A stretch of DNA of 64,000 nt from Anthoceros angustus. Lineage: Eukaryota > Plantae > Anthocerotophyta. Location of the stretch: NCBI GenBank assembly GCA_010909165.1, contig VJWM01000044.1, positions 124,001-188,000 on the forward strand, read 5' to 3'. The notes under the pieces were generated by a model that was given only the letters and a program-made list of their open reading frames with translations, was not told where the DNA came from and searched no databases. This document shows positions 1 through 10,650 of the stretch, piece by piece. Position 1 is the first letter of the stretch. Each line of letters starts with the position of its first letter. The position numbers were made by a program, and so were the translations under genes.

Positions 1-3
1 TTC

Positions 4-70
4 CATTGTTGCTTTCTGCAGATTGAGAAGAGGCTGTTCATTGTTGCTTTTTGCAGATTGAGAAGAGGCT
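4..70 (+). repeat. 35-bp tandem duplication containing a splice-acceptor-like site
   Basis: cattgttgcttt(c/t)tgcagattgagaagaggct occurs at 4 and at 39; each copy has a pyrimidine tract followed by TGCAG. Confidence 0.85.
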
Positions 71-221
71 TCCATCGCACCCTCTCCTCTCTTGATGGAT
101 CATTGGGCTCGATCCACGTTCGAGTCTCCCCTCTCCTATCTTGGTCGAGATGTTGCTATTGGAAGGCAACCTAACTTCTCTGCCACAAGTGAGCCGCTTC
201 CTCATCCTGGAGTGCCTCTGC

Positions 222-510
222 CATCTTCAAGTTCCATGACCCCTCCTTAGCTTCATATCTTCAAGTTCCATGCCTCCTCCTTAGCTTCATATCTTTAAGT
301 TCCATGCCTCCTCCTAGCTTCATATCTTCAAGTTCCATGCCTCCTCCTAGCTTCATATCTTCAAGTTCCATGCCTCCTCCTAGCTTCATATCTTCAAGTT
401 CCATGGCTCCTTCAAGTTCTATGCCTCCTCCTAGCTTCATATCTTCAAATTCCATGCCTCCTCCTAGCTTCATATCTTCAAGTTCCATGCCTCCTCCTAG
501 CTTCATACCT
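222..510 (+). repeat. 33-bp minisatellite, about 8-9 copies (reads MPPPSFISSSS on +)
   Basis: Unit tcttcaagttccatgcctcctcctagcttcata repeated; explains ORFs 304..669 (+) and 261..536 (-). Confidence 0.95.
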
Positions 511-819
511 CTTCCTAGTTTTATGCCTTTCTCCATGCCTCACCCTAATTTTATGACACCTCCAAATTCACCTCAAAATTCGACCGACTCGCACAAGAAG
601 AAAGCAGAAGCTGAAGTGCATGACAAAGTGCCTGTAAACAACACATGTACAGCGGGGTATACAGCATGAAAAACGTTTTGGGAGGGAAATAGAATAATTA
701 TTTGGATATTTTTCATGAAACAAGTAAACTCTATCCTAAACTCGTGCTGACCACTCGCCAATACTACCGGTGATATGTGAATGCCAAGGGTGGTCGAATG
801 GGTCACCGCTCAGAACAAA

Positions 820-1199
820 GCCGTGACACGGCACTGACTTGTGAGTCAAGACCGGTTATACCGTACCCCGATGGATGGTTCAACAGGATAATGCCGAAAT
901 AATTATTTTTTGAAAAAAAGGTCCAACATAAATATTTATATTTTTCAAAATTTCTAAAATTTACAAAAATTAATTTTTATCAAATTTCAATATTTATCAA
1001 AATATATAGGTATATATATAAAACTAATGGATATGTATAGACCTCCCTTAAACAGGCCCTAATTTTCCACACAAGCCCTAGTTTCCTTGTTTTGGCATCT
1101 TAAACTCATAAATTTTTACATATTCAATATTTTAAATATAATAATTTTTAGATTTTCAACTTAAACTAATTTTAATTAATTAATGCCGAATCATCCCTC
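820..1199. mobile_element. Putative right end of a hAT-like DNA transposon
   Basis: 1184-1198 tgccgaatcatccct is the reverse complement of AGGGATGATTCGGCA, sharing AGGGATGA with the Ac/Ds TIR; upstream lie ccggttataccgtacc, a second taatgccgaa at about 888 and an AT-rich subterminal region; the left end is not in the window. Confidence 0.4.
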
Positions 1200-1556
1200 G
1201 GGGTACGTTAGTGTGAATCCACCCTCATAAGAGTCTGATCGAACTGACCTTGGATATTGTGCGTTTCTGCGAACACAACTGGAGGAACACAACTGGAGGA
1301 AGTGAAAGAACGTTTCCGCTTTCTCAAATGCACATAAAATAGAAGAACATTTAGGATTCTATGAAGATACCCTTGGTGCAGTAGATAGTTACGAGAAAGG
1401 CATTCGAGGGGACTAGGACTTCCCCTTTTACTATTAGCCCTTTTTGGGTTGTTCCTCCTCGGTCTTCAGGGGTAGATGGAATTCCCCATCTCGCCTATTA
1501 ATAACGTCTACTCTCCACCATAAAATAGAAGAACATTTAGGATTGAACGAAGTAGT

Positions 1557-1790
1557 AGCCAGGCTCTGGTTCCTGCTCAAGTGAAACGCTAAAGAAGAGA
1601 AGCGTATATCGATGCCCACACTAACATGTTGCAGCCCAGGCTCTGGTTCCTACTCAAGTGAAACGCTAAAGAAGAGAAGCGTATATCGATGCCCACACTA
1701 ATATGTTGCAGCCCAGGCTCTGGTTCCTGCTCAAGTGAAACGCTAAAGAAGAGAAGCGTATATCAATGCCCACACTAACATGTTGCAGCC
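1557..1790 (+). repeat. About 77-bp tandem repeat, 3 copies
   Basis: aggctctggttcctgctcaagtgaaacgctaaagaagagaagcgtatatcgatgcccacactaacatgttgcagccc at about 1561, 1638 and 1715. Confidence 0.95.
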
Positions 1791-1877
1791 CTCACAGATT
1801 CCAGCATGTTGCTGTTCTTAAAAATTCTACAAAACTCCACGCTCTCCGTGAGTTGGAAACGTCAAAATAGAGTATCT

Positions 1878-1980
1878 ATGTCCAAATGGCTTAGGCCAAA
1901 TGGATACACATAGTGTAAGAACGTCATAGTTAAGTGTTCTACACTACAATCGGAACCCAGATGGGGTACCTAAAGAGGAA
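1878..1980 (+). repeat. Dispersed repeat shared with 56224-56330 (possible LTR start)
   Basis: tgtccaaatggcttaggc(c/t)aaatgga(t/c)acaca...agatggggt is present at both places. Confidence 0.6.
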
Positions 1981-1987
1981 TGCCTCC

Positions 1988-2185
1988 GGTGCTAGTAGCC
2001 TAGTTTACTCCATGAAGCAAGTTGCCCGGAGTACCGGTCCCATGGCGGCATGTCCGTCCTTAGTGGACTTAAAATAAATGCATCTGGTGCTAGTAGCCTA
2101 CATAGTTTACTCCATGGAGCAAGTTCCCCGGAGTACCGGGTCCCATGGCGGCATATTCGGCCTTAGTGAACTTAAAATAAATTGT
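1988..2185 (+). repeat. About 95-bp direct duplication overlapping the stop of the CML gene
   Basis: ggtgctagtagcct...agtttactccatg(a/g)agcaagtt...ccggagtaccgg...cccatggcggcat...ccttagtg(g/a)acttaaaataaat occurs twice. Confidence 0.85.
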
Positions 2186-2903
2186 TTGTTTGTTTGTCAA
2201 GCATCATTGCCTTAAACTCTTCAAAGCTCACAAGCCCGTCACCATCTCTATCCACGGCTTTGATCATCGCAATAAAATCACGCGCAGGTCTTCCTTTCCT
2301 TAAGTTGAGATTCTGAACCACAAATTGCAACTCGCTCGGCGAAATATATCCATCATTATTGCTGTCAAACACTGAGAAGGCGTCCCGCAGCCCCTGATCC
2401 CTCTCCGCCTCATCAGTTTCTCCACCGGACAGACACAAGGAAGCATAAAGCTTCACAAACTCGGCATACTCCAACACGCCATCCCCATTCTCGTCCGCGG
2501 AATTCAATACGGCGTGCGCGCGCTCCGAGGCCAGCGACAGACTGAGTTTCTCAAGAAAGCCGACAAGCTCAATTGTGGATATCCTTCCATCGCCGTCTGC
2601 ATCAATAAGTTCAAACACTCTTCGCATCTCGGACTCCTCCGGTGCTCCACCTCTGCCTGACACAGCCGTTTCCTTTGGCTCCACTGCAGAGCAAGAGCTA
2701 GCGGCAATTTTGTACCTGCTGTCACCGAGAGCGGAAGAACTCGCAAACCTCTGCTGCTCATCGGACGAGGCACGCGCTAGGTCAAGAGTGCAGGTAGCAG
2801 CAATCCGCGGGACGTCTCGGTAATGCCACAACTCCTCCATGTGCTGCTCCACCGCTAGGAACCGCAATCGCCGCTCGTTCTGCTGGCTTGCTTCATTTGC
2901 CAT
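2172..2903 (-). CDS. Calmodulin-like (CML) calcium-binding protein, 4 EF-hands, 243 aa, intronless
   Basis: EF loops DADGDGRISTIE, DENGDGVLEYAE, DSNNDGYISPSE and DRDGDGLVSFEE; first ATG (MANEASQ) at 2903; the track start at 3023 is not an ATG. Confidence 0.93.
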   Translation of the reverse strand: MANEASQQNERRLRFLAVEQHMEELWHYRDVPRIAATCTLDLARASSDEQQRFASSSALGDSRYKIAASSCSAVEPKETAVSGRGGAPEESEMRRVFELIDADGDGRISTIELVGFLEKLSLSLASERAHAVLNSADENGDGVLEYAEFVKLYASLCLSGGETDEAERDQGLRDAFSVFDSNNDGYISPSELQFVVQNLNLRKGRPARDFIAMIKAVDRDGDGLVSFEEFKAMMLDKQTNNLF

Positions 2904-3393
2904 TGCGATCCGCGTCTCTATAACCAGTGGACGAGGCAGACTACCAGTCCAAGAGCCATACAGCTGATAGTTTCCGCGAAACTTGGCAAATCTCCCTTTA
3001 AAGCAACTCGACGCGCAGCACACCGCCGTGACTGAACCAGCCGTCCGAGCCGAAAGTGCAGGCGGTTTTCGAAGGAAATGACTTCACGGTTGGGCCGAGG
3101 ATGTTACCATGGCTGCTGCGTAACTAACATTCACGTAGCCACTAGGTGATTGTAGATGTGGGACTTCTGGAGTCTCTTCCAAGCTCGTCTCAAGTGGTTT
3201 GAAAAGTGGTTCCTGTGATACAATGACAAGCCATCCACTTTCAGAACTTTCAGAAGTGTATGAACTACATATACAAAAAGGGATTTCTCTACGGAAGGAA
3301 AAGTCATTCACTTTTAAAATTACGGTTTTGGATAAATGAATGGCACGTGCTTCTGGTTGTATGGTGGTTGAGATGAACTAAGTCTAGTGTAGT

Positions 3394-4145
3394 CTAACAA
3401 ACATGCCACTTTTTGCCTCCGCAGCTCGTGGATCCTGATGCTCCTGCACCGACTGGCTTGAGAACTTCAGACAGCGTATCAATGGTGTTTCTATCATCTT
3501 CAATGCATTGATAGTCAGGCCCCCGAGCAAAGCAATGCAGCCGTCTGACGGCAGCTGCTGTTATAGCATCCCTCGGCTGCGAGCTAATCATTTCTGCCAC
3601 TAGAGCATCATCTACAGGTGGGCATACAAGACATTGTTACAGGGTACTTGGTTTCCTCAAGAATGGATGGGTGAGGAAGTCTTATGTTGCAGTGCCATTG
3701 TGGATCTTACTAAGGGCAAAAAGCAAGGCATTTGAAACGCGTAGCACAGATACCATCTCTTGACTATTGAAGGCTTGTCCATCGAATGTTCCTTATCCGG
3801 ATTGAGTAACCTGGCGTGGACGATAATTCGTTTCTCACTCCTACAACGTAGCATACTAACCGGGAGGTGGTCAAGGGTGATACTAATCACAACCTTCAGA
3901 CGCATCAACATTGCATCAGGAGCTTGGCTCTTGCTTGTTCCACCTTCCAAATGCCATGCACCTGACAAAAATCGCAACTTTTGGACCCACGCCAGGTAGT
4001 TTCATCTGTGAACAAGGAGCAATGGCTGCAGATGAGTCACACAAAGGCCAAAAACATTTACACGGAATTGAGCAGCTTGAAGGTCCAGGGACTTCCTGGC
4101 TTACTAGGTCTTGAAGTTCACAAGGGACTGTCCCACTGTCACAAA
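3394..4145 (-). pseudogene. Endonuclease III (Nth/NTH1-like, HhH-GPD glycosylase) relic with exons out of order
   Basis: Exon 4145-4105 (CDSGTVPCELQDL), GT-AG intron 4104-4006, then exon MKLPGVGPKVAIFV..MAFG (HhH motif). Further downstream, about 3610-3450 reads ALVAEMISSQPRDAITAAAVRRLH...TIDTLSEVLKPVG, which in Nth lies N-terminal to the HhH. Confidence 0.8.
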
Positions 4146-4230
4146 CTATGCAAAAGGAGGACAATCATGTGGAGCCGATGAGGATCACCGAGATTATGAA
4201 CATTCCAGAGAGATAAGTCACATCCCTCGG

Positions 4231-4307
4231 AGGCCATGTTTCTACATTCAAGTAACCTGGAGAGGTTACATCCGCCTACAGGTCACTTGAATGTGGAAAC
4301 ATGGCCT
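4231..4307. repeat. 29-bp inverted repeat (27/29 matches, 19-nt loop) spanning the PPR stop codon
   Basis: aggccatgtttctacattcaagtaacctg (4231-4259) versus caggtcacttgaatgtggaaacatggcct (4279-4307). Confidence 0.95.
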
Positions 4308-7279
4308 ACTTCTGTAAGCTGCAAGCTTATCTTTCTCAAAGAGGCATACAAGATCTCTTGCGTTCGGTGGGATATGTCCCCTGCAACAAAAGTGTGCACC
4401 TCCTGCTCATGCTCAATCCAACTCTGTCCAGGCTTCTTCCTTGCACATGCTCTCCATCGGAGCCTCTCTATCTCTGTCACAGAGTCCCACATGCCAGCAT
4501 GAGAGTATATATTGGACATGAGTATGTAAGCTGCCGCATGGTTTGGGTTTATACTGCGAGCACAATCAAAAGCCCGTCTGCCAAGGGCTACATTGCCATG
4601 CTTCCGACAGGCACCCAGCAACGACAAGCACATTGCCAAAGTAGGGTCCATGGGCATGTTCAGAACCAGGTCTTCTACCTTGCTAAAGAGTCCTGCACGG
4701 GCAAGGAGGTCTACCAAGCAGACATAGTGCTCCATTGTTGGACTGATGCCATGCTCTCTGGTCATGCACTCGAAGTACTCAAGGCCCTTGTCCACCATCC
4801 CAGCATTACTGCACGCAGACAGGAGTGAAAGAAATGTCACTCCATTTGGCTCTACACCTGCTAGACACATCTCTTCATAACGTTGGATTACAGTTTCGTG
4901 TCGCCCTTGTCGAGCATATCCTGCAATCAGCGCGGTCCAGCACCATGCATTCGCCTGAGACAGTGAGTCAAACACTGCCTGAGCATCCAAAATGCTCCCA
5001 CACTTGCCGTAAGTGTGAATCAGAGCGGTGGCCACATAAGGACTACATCTGAATGCACTGTTTGCAACATCTTGGTGAATCAGAAGGCAATCGTTGAGAG
5101 ATCCGACTTTGCTGCATGCTTCTAGAATGCAGACATAAGTGATGTCATCCAGTGGGACATTTTCGGCTTTCATCTGAACATATAACTTCAAAGCCTTCTC
5201 ACCTTGCTCCTGCTGAGTGTACCCCGCGAGCATTGCATTCCATGACACCACGTCTCTCTGGGCTAACATGTCAAACGCTTGTTCTGCATCTCTGATGCTT
5301 CCACACTTTGCATACATACTAACAAGTGTGTTGCCAAGAAAGATATCTGATCCATACCCGCTCTGAACAGCTTCAGCATGTATTGCCCTCCCTTTGTGCA
5401 GTGACTCCACTTTCACCAATTGGGCATCTAAAACAATGCCTTCTTCCTTTTCCGCCAGGCTACCACATGCTTGTGAAGCACTAACGAAGGTCCAATTATC
5501 TGGAGTAATACCTTCCTCTTGCATTTGCCAAAAGAGATCCAAAGCCTCCTCGCCCAAGTCCTCCTGAGCATATGCTGCAAGTATTGCACTCCAAGACACC
5601 ACACTGCGCTCCAACAAATTGTCAAACATGTACCGCGCATCCTTGATGATGCTACATTTGGCATACATACTCAAAATAGCATTGCCAACAAAGCTGTTTG
5701 ATTCAAAGCCCCTCTTCACGGCTTCTGCATGTACTGCCCTTCCCTTCTGCAGCGACTCCAATTTGACATGAGTTCCATCCACAACAACCCTCCCTTCTCT
5801 TTCAGCAAGGGTAGCCAATGCTTGGAATGTGCTAGCAAAAGTCTGACCATCTGGACTGACACCCTGTGCCAGCATTTGCTCATAAAGTTGGAAAGCCTTC
5901 TCTCCTTGCCCCTGCTGGGCATAGCCTGCCAGCATTGCACTCCATGACACTACGTTGCGAGTGGACAACCTCCCAAACACCTCTTCCGCATGCCTGACAC
6001 CACCACACTTAGCATACATGCTGATAAGAGCGTTAGAAACAAATACATCTGATTCATAACCCCTCCGAGCAGCCTCAGCATGGATTGCCCTTCCCTGTTC
6101 CAGTAATGCAGTCTTGTATGCCTCTATATGAGAACAGATGTTTCCAGCCTGATCTGCAAGATTCCCAAGTGCTTGGAGAATGCTAACAAAGGTCCTGTCG
6201 TTTGGACAGACACCTTTCTTTCGCATCTGTTCATAAAGGTCAAAAGCCCTGTCTCCTTGTTCCTGCTGAGCGTAGCCTGCAATGATGGCATTCCACGACA
6301 CTACATCGCGCTGAGACAATTTGTCAAATATTTGTCGCGCATCAGCTATGCTCCCACATCTTGCGTACATACTGACAAGTGAGTTTGAAACATAGCCATC
6401 TGCCTCATAACCCCTTCTAGCCAGTTGAGCATGTACAACTCTTCCTTTCAGCAATGACTGGACCTTGACAGTCTGGCCATTCACAACACTGCTTACTTCT
6501 TTTTCTGCAAGACAACCACATGCTTGCAGCAGACTAACAAACGTCCGATGATTTGGACTGACACCTGCCCCCTGCATGTCCTCAAAGAGCTGCAAAGCTT
6601 GATGTCCCTGCTCTTGCTGAGCGTATCCAGCAATCATAGCATTCCAGGACACTATATCTCGTTGAGACAGTTGGTCAAACACAAGCCGTGCATCGGCCAG
6701 GCTTCCACACTTCGCATACATATCCACCAAAGTGGTACCCACAAACACATGAGACTCCCTCTTGTGCCTCTGAATGTCAGCGTGAATCCTCTTCCCCTCT
6801 TCCAGGTCCCCTAAGCTGCCACAAGCCTTCAGTAAGCTAACAAAGGTGTAGTCGTTCGGCTGCACCCCATCCTCTTGCATCTGCCTGTACATTGTCAGAG
6901 CCTGCCGCCATTTTCCCGCCCTGCAGTACCCTGATATAATCGTAGTCCAAACAAAAACAGTTCGATGCGACAATCTTTGCAACACTAGGAACCCATCTGC
7001 AAGGCTCCCGCACCTCACTAATGTGTCCACGACACATTCAATCAAGTACAGATCAGACTCCAGCCCATTTCTCATCAGATGTGCGTGCACCAGCTTAACC
7101 TCTGCAAGGGCATTCCTCTTTATGCAGCCCTGCAATAGCTGCTTGTACACCTGTACAGACGGCACACCACCATGGTGGTCCAAGTGGACCAGGACGTCCT
7201 GCACCTTGTCCTCGGAGATTGGATGCTCCAAGCTGGAACCGCTGCTAAAGAATCTCACAGGTGCACAAGCTTCAGCCAT
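4283..7279 (-). CDS. PLS-class pentatricopeptide repeat protein with E/E+ domain and no DYW (organellar RNA-editing factor type), 998 aa, intronless
   Basis: Repeated P/L/S motifs (DVVSWNAMIAGY, TFVSLLKAC, LVDMYAKCGS), four elongated L motifs, E domain AAYILMSNIY and PG-box KKPGQSWIE...VHTFVAGD; ends GHVSTFK* where DYW would begin. Confidence 0.97.
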   Translation of the reverse strand: MAEACAPVRFFSSGSSLEHPISEDKVQDVLVHLDHHGGVPSVQVYKQLLQGCIKRNALAEVKLVHAHLMRNGLESDLYLIECVVDTLVRCGSLADGFLVLQRLSHRTVFVWTTIISGYCRAGKWRQALTMYRQMQEDGVQPNDYTFVSLLKACGSLGDLEEGKRIHADIQRHKRESHVFVGTTLVDMYAKCGSLADARLVFDQLSQRDIVSWNAMIAGYAQQEQGHQALQLFEDMQGAGVSPNHRTFVSLLQACGCLAEKEVSSVVNGQTVKVQSLLKGRVVHAQLARRGYEADGYVSNSLVSMYARCGSIADARQIFDKLSQRDVVSWNAIIAGYAQQEQGDRAFDLYEQMRKKGVCPNDRTFVSILQALGNLADQAGNICSHIEAYKTALLEQGRAIHAEAARRGYESDVFVSNALISMYAKCGGVRHAEEVFGRLSTRNVVSWSAMLAGYAQQGQGEKAFQLYEQMLAQGVSPDGQTFASTFQALATLAEREGRVVVDGTHVKLESLQKGRAVHAEAVKRGFESNSFVGNAILSMYAKCSIIKDARYMFDNLLERSVVSWSAILAAYAQEDLGEEALDLFWQMQEEGITPDNWTFVSASQACGSLAEKEEGIVLDAQLVKVESLHKGRAIHAEAVQSGYGSDIFLGNTLVSMYAKCGSIRDAEQAFDMLAQRDVVSWNAMLAGYTQQEQGEKALKLYVQMKAENVPLDDITYVCILEACSKVGSLNDCLLIHQDVANSAFRCSPYVATALIHTYGKCGSILDAQAVFDSLSQANAWCWTALIAGYARQGRHETVIQRYEEMCLAGVEPNGVTFLSLLSACSNAGMVDKGLEYFECMTREHGISPTMEHYVCLVDLLARAGLFSKVEDLVLNMPMDPTLAMCLSLLGACRKHGNVALGRRAFDCARSINPNHAAAYILMSNIYSHAGMWDSVTEIERLRWRACARKKPGQSWIEHEQEVHTFVAGDISHRTQEILYASLRKISLQLTEVGHVSTFK

Positions 7280-7539
7280 GAACGCCTATGTCATGGACAT
7301 GGACAAATATGTCGTTTCAGCTCAAGCATGGTGATCTCTGACCATGCTGCCACAGCTTGCTTGGAGCCGAGGCCAAGAATGAGCTGATGCTTGGCACCCC
7401 TGCACATGTCTCGTCATCACAAGTCAGTTTGCTTTGCAACGGAAATGTGAAAGATGAAGGTTCCTAAAAAATGTCGCGAGCGCGCGCTGGACTGCGCCGC
7501 CAACAGGATAGCACAGGAATGAGGATTTTGATGCTGAAC

Positions 7540-8640
7540 GTGGGAAGACCAGCTATGGTTGCAGTCAAACAGGGAATTTAGGCAACTGTGTCGTTAACGC
7601 TCTGGTGAAATGCGGGAGCCCTGCAGATGGGCTGCCAATCTTTGAAGGATAGTCATTGCAGAGAACAGTTTAGACTTAACAGCCATCACACCTGGTACTT
7701 CAAGGCGGGCCCGACTATGGCAGGGGGCTTTAAACAGACGCTAACAGATGAAGGAAGAATGTGTGAAGCCCAAGCAATGCAGCTTCCTAAGCTTACTTAG
7801 AGCGTACAGAGCTTAGCAGAACGGCAGGAGAGCAAGAGCATCCATGAGCAACATGATGTACAGACAGCCACAAGGATGTTTTGGTGGGCACCTCTTTGGT
7901 TGATATGTATGCAAAGCGTGGAAGTCTTGTTGATGCATGCATACCTTCCAGAAATTGGCTCAGCGAGATACTATGTGTAATGGAATGATGCTCGCTGGAT
8001 ATTGTTCACCATGATAAAGGAGAAGATATATGGCCAAATGCGAAGTGAAGGTATGTTACCAAATGTGTCCAAGCAGTGGCTGGCTGTCAGAGAAAGAAGA
8101 CGGCCGTCTTTGAGATAAACAGCTCATCAAAGTTGGGTTCCTGCAAAGCGGGATGGTTTACCGCTGAAGCGACTAAGACGGGCTATGAAGAGGATGTGTG
8201 TGTCTCAAACACGCTTTCCCTGCAAGTGGGGGAGCATACAGAGTGGATTGATAGAAGCTCTAGCTTAGCAACTGCTTTCATTAATACTTACGGCAAGTAT
8301 AGTATGGCAGCATGTCAGATGCGAAGTCTGTCTTTTGATGCCATTTCAGAACAAAATCTGGTCTGGACTCTTCAATCATGTCGGCATGCAGTCATGCTGG
8401 GTTGGTACCCCAGGAGGACTCGTGCAAGCCAATTCCGCAAGGTCCAGGATCTTCTAGCGCAAATGTTCAGCATCTTTAGCGCAAATGTCCAGGATCTTTA
8501 GCGCAAATGCTGGCGTGACTGCAGGTAACATGGTAACAAGGTGCCACAGCAAGCATTTGACTTGTCTATGTCCATCTACAGCCAAGAGATTGTATGGAAC
8601 ATTTATAATGATGTCAAACATTTATGCTTATGCAGAGTTT
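7540..8640 (+). pseudogene. Decayed, internally deleted PPR paralogue, head-to-head with the intact PPR
   Basis: Fragments VVNALVKCGSPADG (cf. VVDTLVRCGSLADG), GTSLVDMYAKRGSLVDA, GYEEDVCVSNTL, ATAFINTYGK and FIMMSNIYAYA, with stops and frameshifts. Confidence 0.85.
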
Positions 8641-9466
8641 GTAGGATTATATCAAAGACAAAAACAAGCTAAGTCCAAGCTATTCACAACTGGTGCAACG
8701 CTTATATGTACACTTAGGCGGAAAGAAGACTTTATTATAAAAAGGAGATGGGAAAAATCTATCCACCCAAAAAACATAGAGGGAAAAAACCCGACGACGG
8801 GCACCATGCCAAGGGGACTAGCCCCCGGGGGAAAGAAATATAGTAACTAGGAGCAAAATCGTCTTAGTAAATAGGCAAAATGCTCTTAGCAAACAAGGAA
8901 AATAGTCCTAGCAAACACTATGCTGTTGAAAATAAGGTCAATCATGTAGTGAAAAACGTGAAAAATATATGAGAAATAGACTGTCAAAACTATTTTTAAA
9001 AATTAATAAAAATATTAATATTATTTTTTAATTCATAAGCTGGTCAATTTATAGGGTCTAAAGACTAGAATATTCTATTTTGATTTCTAATATATTAATA
9101 TTTGAAATTTATTTTTGATAATATTAATATTTTATTAATAGTAAAAATTATGTTATGGTCTTATGATCTTATAATCCATAAGTTTGAAATTAAATAAAAT
9201 AATATAATTATAAATCCTTCAATAAAAGAGTTGAAATACAATATTTTGGTATGATATAAATCAATATCTTGGACTTGGATTTTTTATGTGTGAGATGATA
9301 GAGTACTTAAGGAGGGATTATCTGACTATTCCTCAAGAAATAACGAAGTATAATAAAAACTTATTTATGCATAATATGAGTATAATAATTTACCATTTAT
9401 GTTTAGATTTTGATTCATACCAAAGTAACTCATCACAAACAAGTATTATTCGTCAATGTTTACATG

Positions 9467-9916
9467 TTATACAACTGTAAAAAATATATTGCATTCATCC
9501 CTCATCAATGCCACAGTCGTAGCTATACTGCACATACTTCCAAGCCATGCCGAGTATAAACTTGCTATACAATAAATGCATGCAGTTTTGTCTACTTTAT
9601 CTTTATCACATGTTGCAAGTACAACTATATCGTAGTGGGAAAAGAAATTTCCAGTTAACCAAACTCTATTTTTGAAAGGAAGTTTGTTTGCAACAAATGC
9701 ATATTCAATATCATCCTTTAATTTTGGTAAATATAATTCTACTTCTTTAGCCATATTAGCATCATGTTCAGCTACCATACATTCTACTACTGCTTCGTTG
9801 CATTGAACACACTGATTATTTATCATGACAACACATGTGAGTAAAAGAATTTGTGCGTATATCAATATATAATTTAAACTAGAAGATCTTAGATATGAGA
9901 TAGTAATATAATCCAT
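9467..9916 (-). CDS. Small secreted Cys-rich protein, single DUF26/Gnk2-like domain (divergent)
   Basis: ATG at 9916; hydrophobic N-terminus (ILIYAQILLLTCVVMI); C-X9-C-X2-C (CDKDKVDKTACIYC), then ...MCS...ECNIFF; AT-rich. Confidence 0.6.
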   Translation of the reverse strand: MDYITISYLRSSSLNYILIYAQILLLTCVVMINNQCVQCNEAVVECMVAEHDANMAKEVELYLPKLKDDIEYAFVANKLPFKNRVWLTGNFFSHYDIVVLATCDKDKVDKTACIYCIASLYSAWLGSMCSIATTVALMRDECNIFFTVV

Positions 9917-10299
9917 ATCGCTGAATCTATTTGCATCAACATACAAATACAGACTTATTAGTTTTCTATGTCAAAGATGAGTGGGTATCTTTCAAAAATG
10001 CAAGAAAATATAAAGCAGTTTAAAAAATAAAGAAGCCAACAAAAACTGTACCATAACTAAAGATAATAATGGTTTTGTTTATTTTCTATAAATGTATCTA
10101 GATTCTTGTCTTGCACAATAATACTAGCTTTTTTCTCATCATACCATGGATCAGAATGTCATGACATATTTCAAATAGACTTCAGTTAAGAAAATATTTT
10201 TTGATATATCAAAGCTAGTCTGGTTGTGAAAATTTTGGATGTTTGTGCTAGTCGCACTAGGCATGTCTGATTGATGGTCAAGTGTGTCTAGCTTGGAAG

Positions 10300-10650
10300 A
10301 ACAATCAGAAGGTGCAAGCCATAAAGGGCCGCCAAGACATTAAAGAGTGCAACTCCCTTCAAGAAGTGGGAGAAGGAGCGGACCTAAGTGACATTCCACA
10401 ACCCCTTCAAAGCCATACCCCACACCTAAGTACAGAAGAATACACCTCCAAGGCAGAAACTCGACTACTACCAAGTCCTCAAGTGTCCTCTATACTAATC
10501 ACTGAGTCGTCTATGAAGAAGGTCAAAGAGCGCAACACCATGGTCTTCATCGTGGATCGATCTTGTAGCTCACAAGAAGAACATAAAAGATGTTGCAGTG
10601 AAGAAGATGTAGGAGGTTCAAACCAAGAAGGTCAACACACTCATCAGCTA
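10300..10650 (+). pseudogene. RPL23A: 60S ribosomal protein L23a (uL23) processed pseudogene
   Basis: Across frames: AAKTLKSATPFKK..RT*VTFH, PPRQKLDYYQVLKCPL, TESSMKKVKERNTMVFIVD, HKKNIKDVAVKKM*EVQTKKVNTLI; stops and frameshifts; no intron visible. Confidence 0.88.

Noticed and set aside
261-536. (GGGMELEDMKL)n ORF
   Set aside because: Antisense reading of the 33-bp minisatellite
1557-1790. CRISPR-like reading of the tandem repeats (also 52581-52855 and 63614-63752)
   Set aside because: The units are contiguous with no unique spacers, the context is eukaryotic and no cas genes are present
3981-4181. + strand peptide SHTKAKNIYTELSSL..CHKLCK resembling PPR E+/DYW
   Set aside because: The opposite strand has much stronger Nth motifs with a proper intron here, and no HxE, CxxC or DYW motif can be assembled
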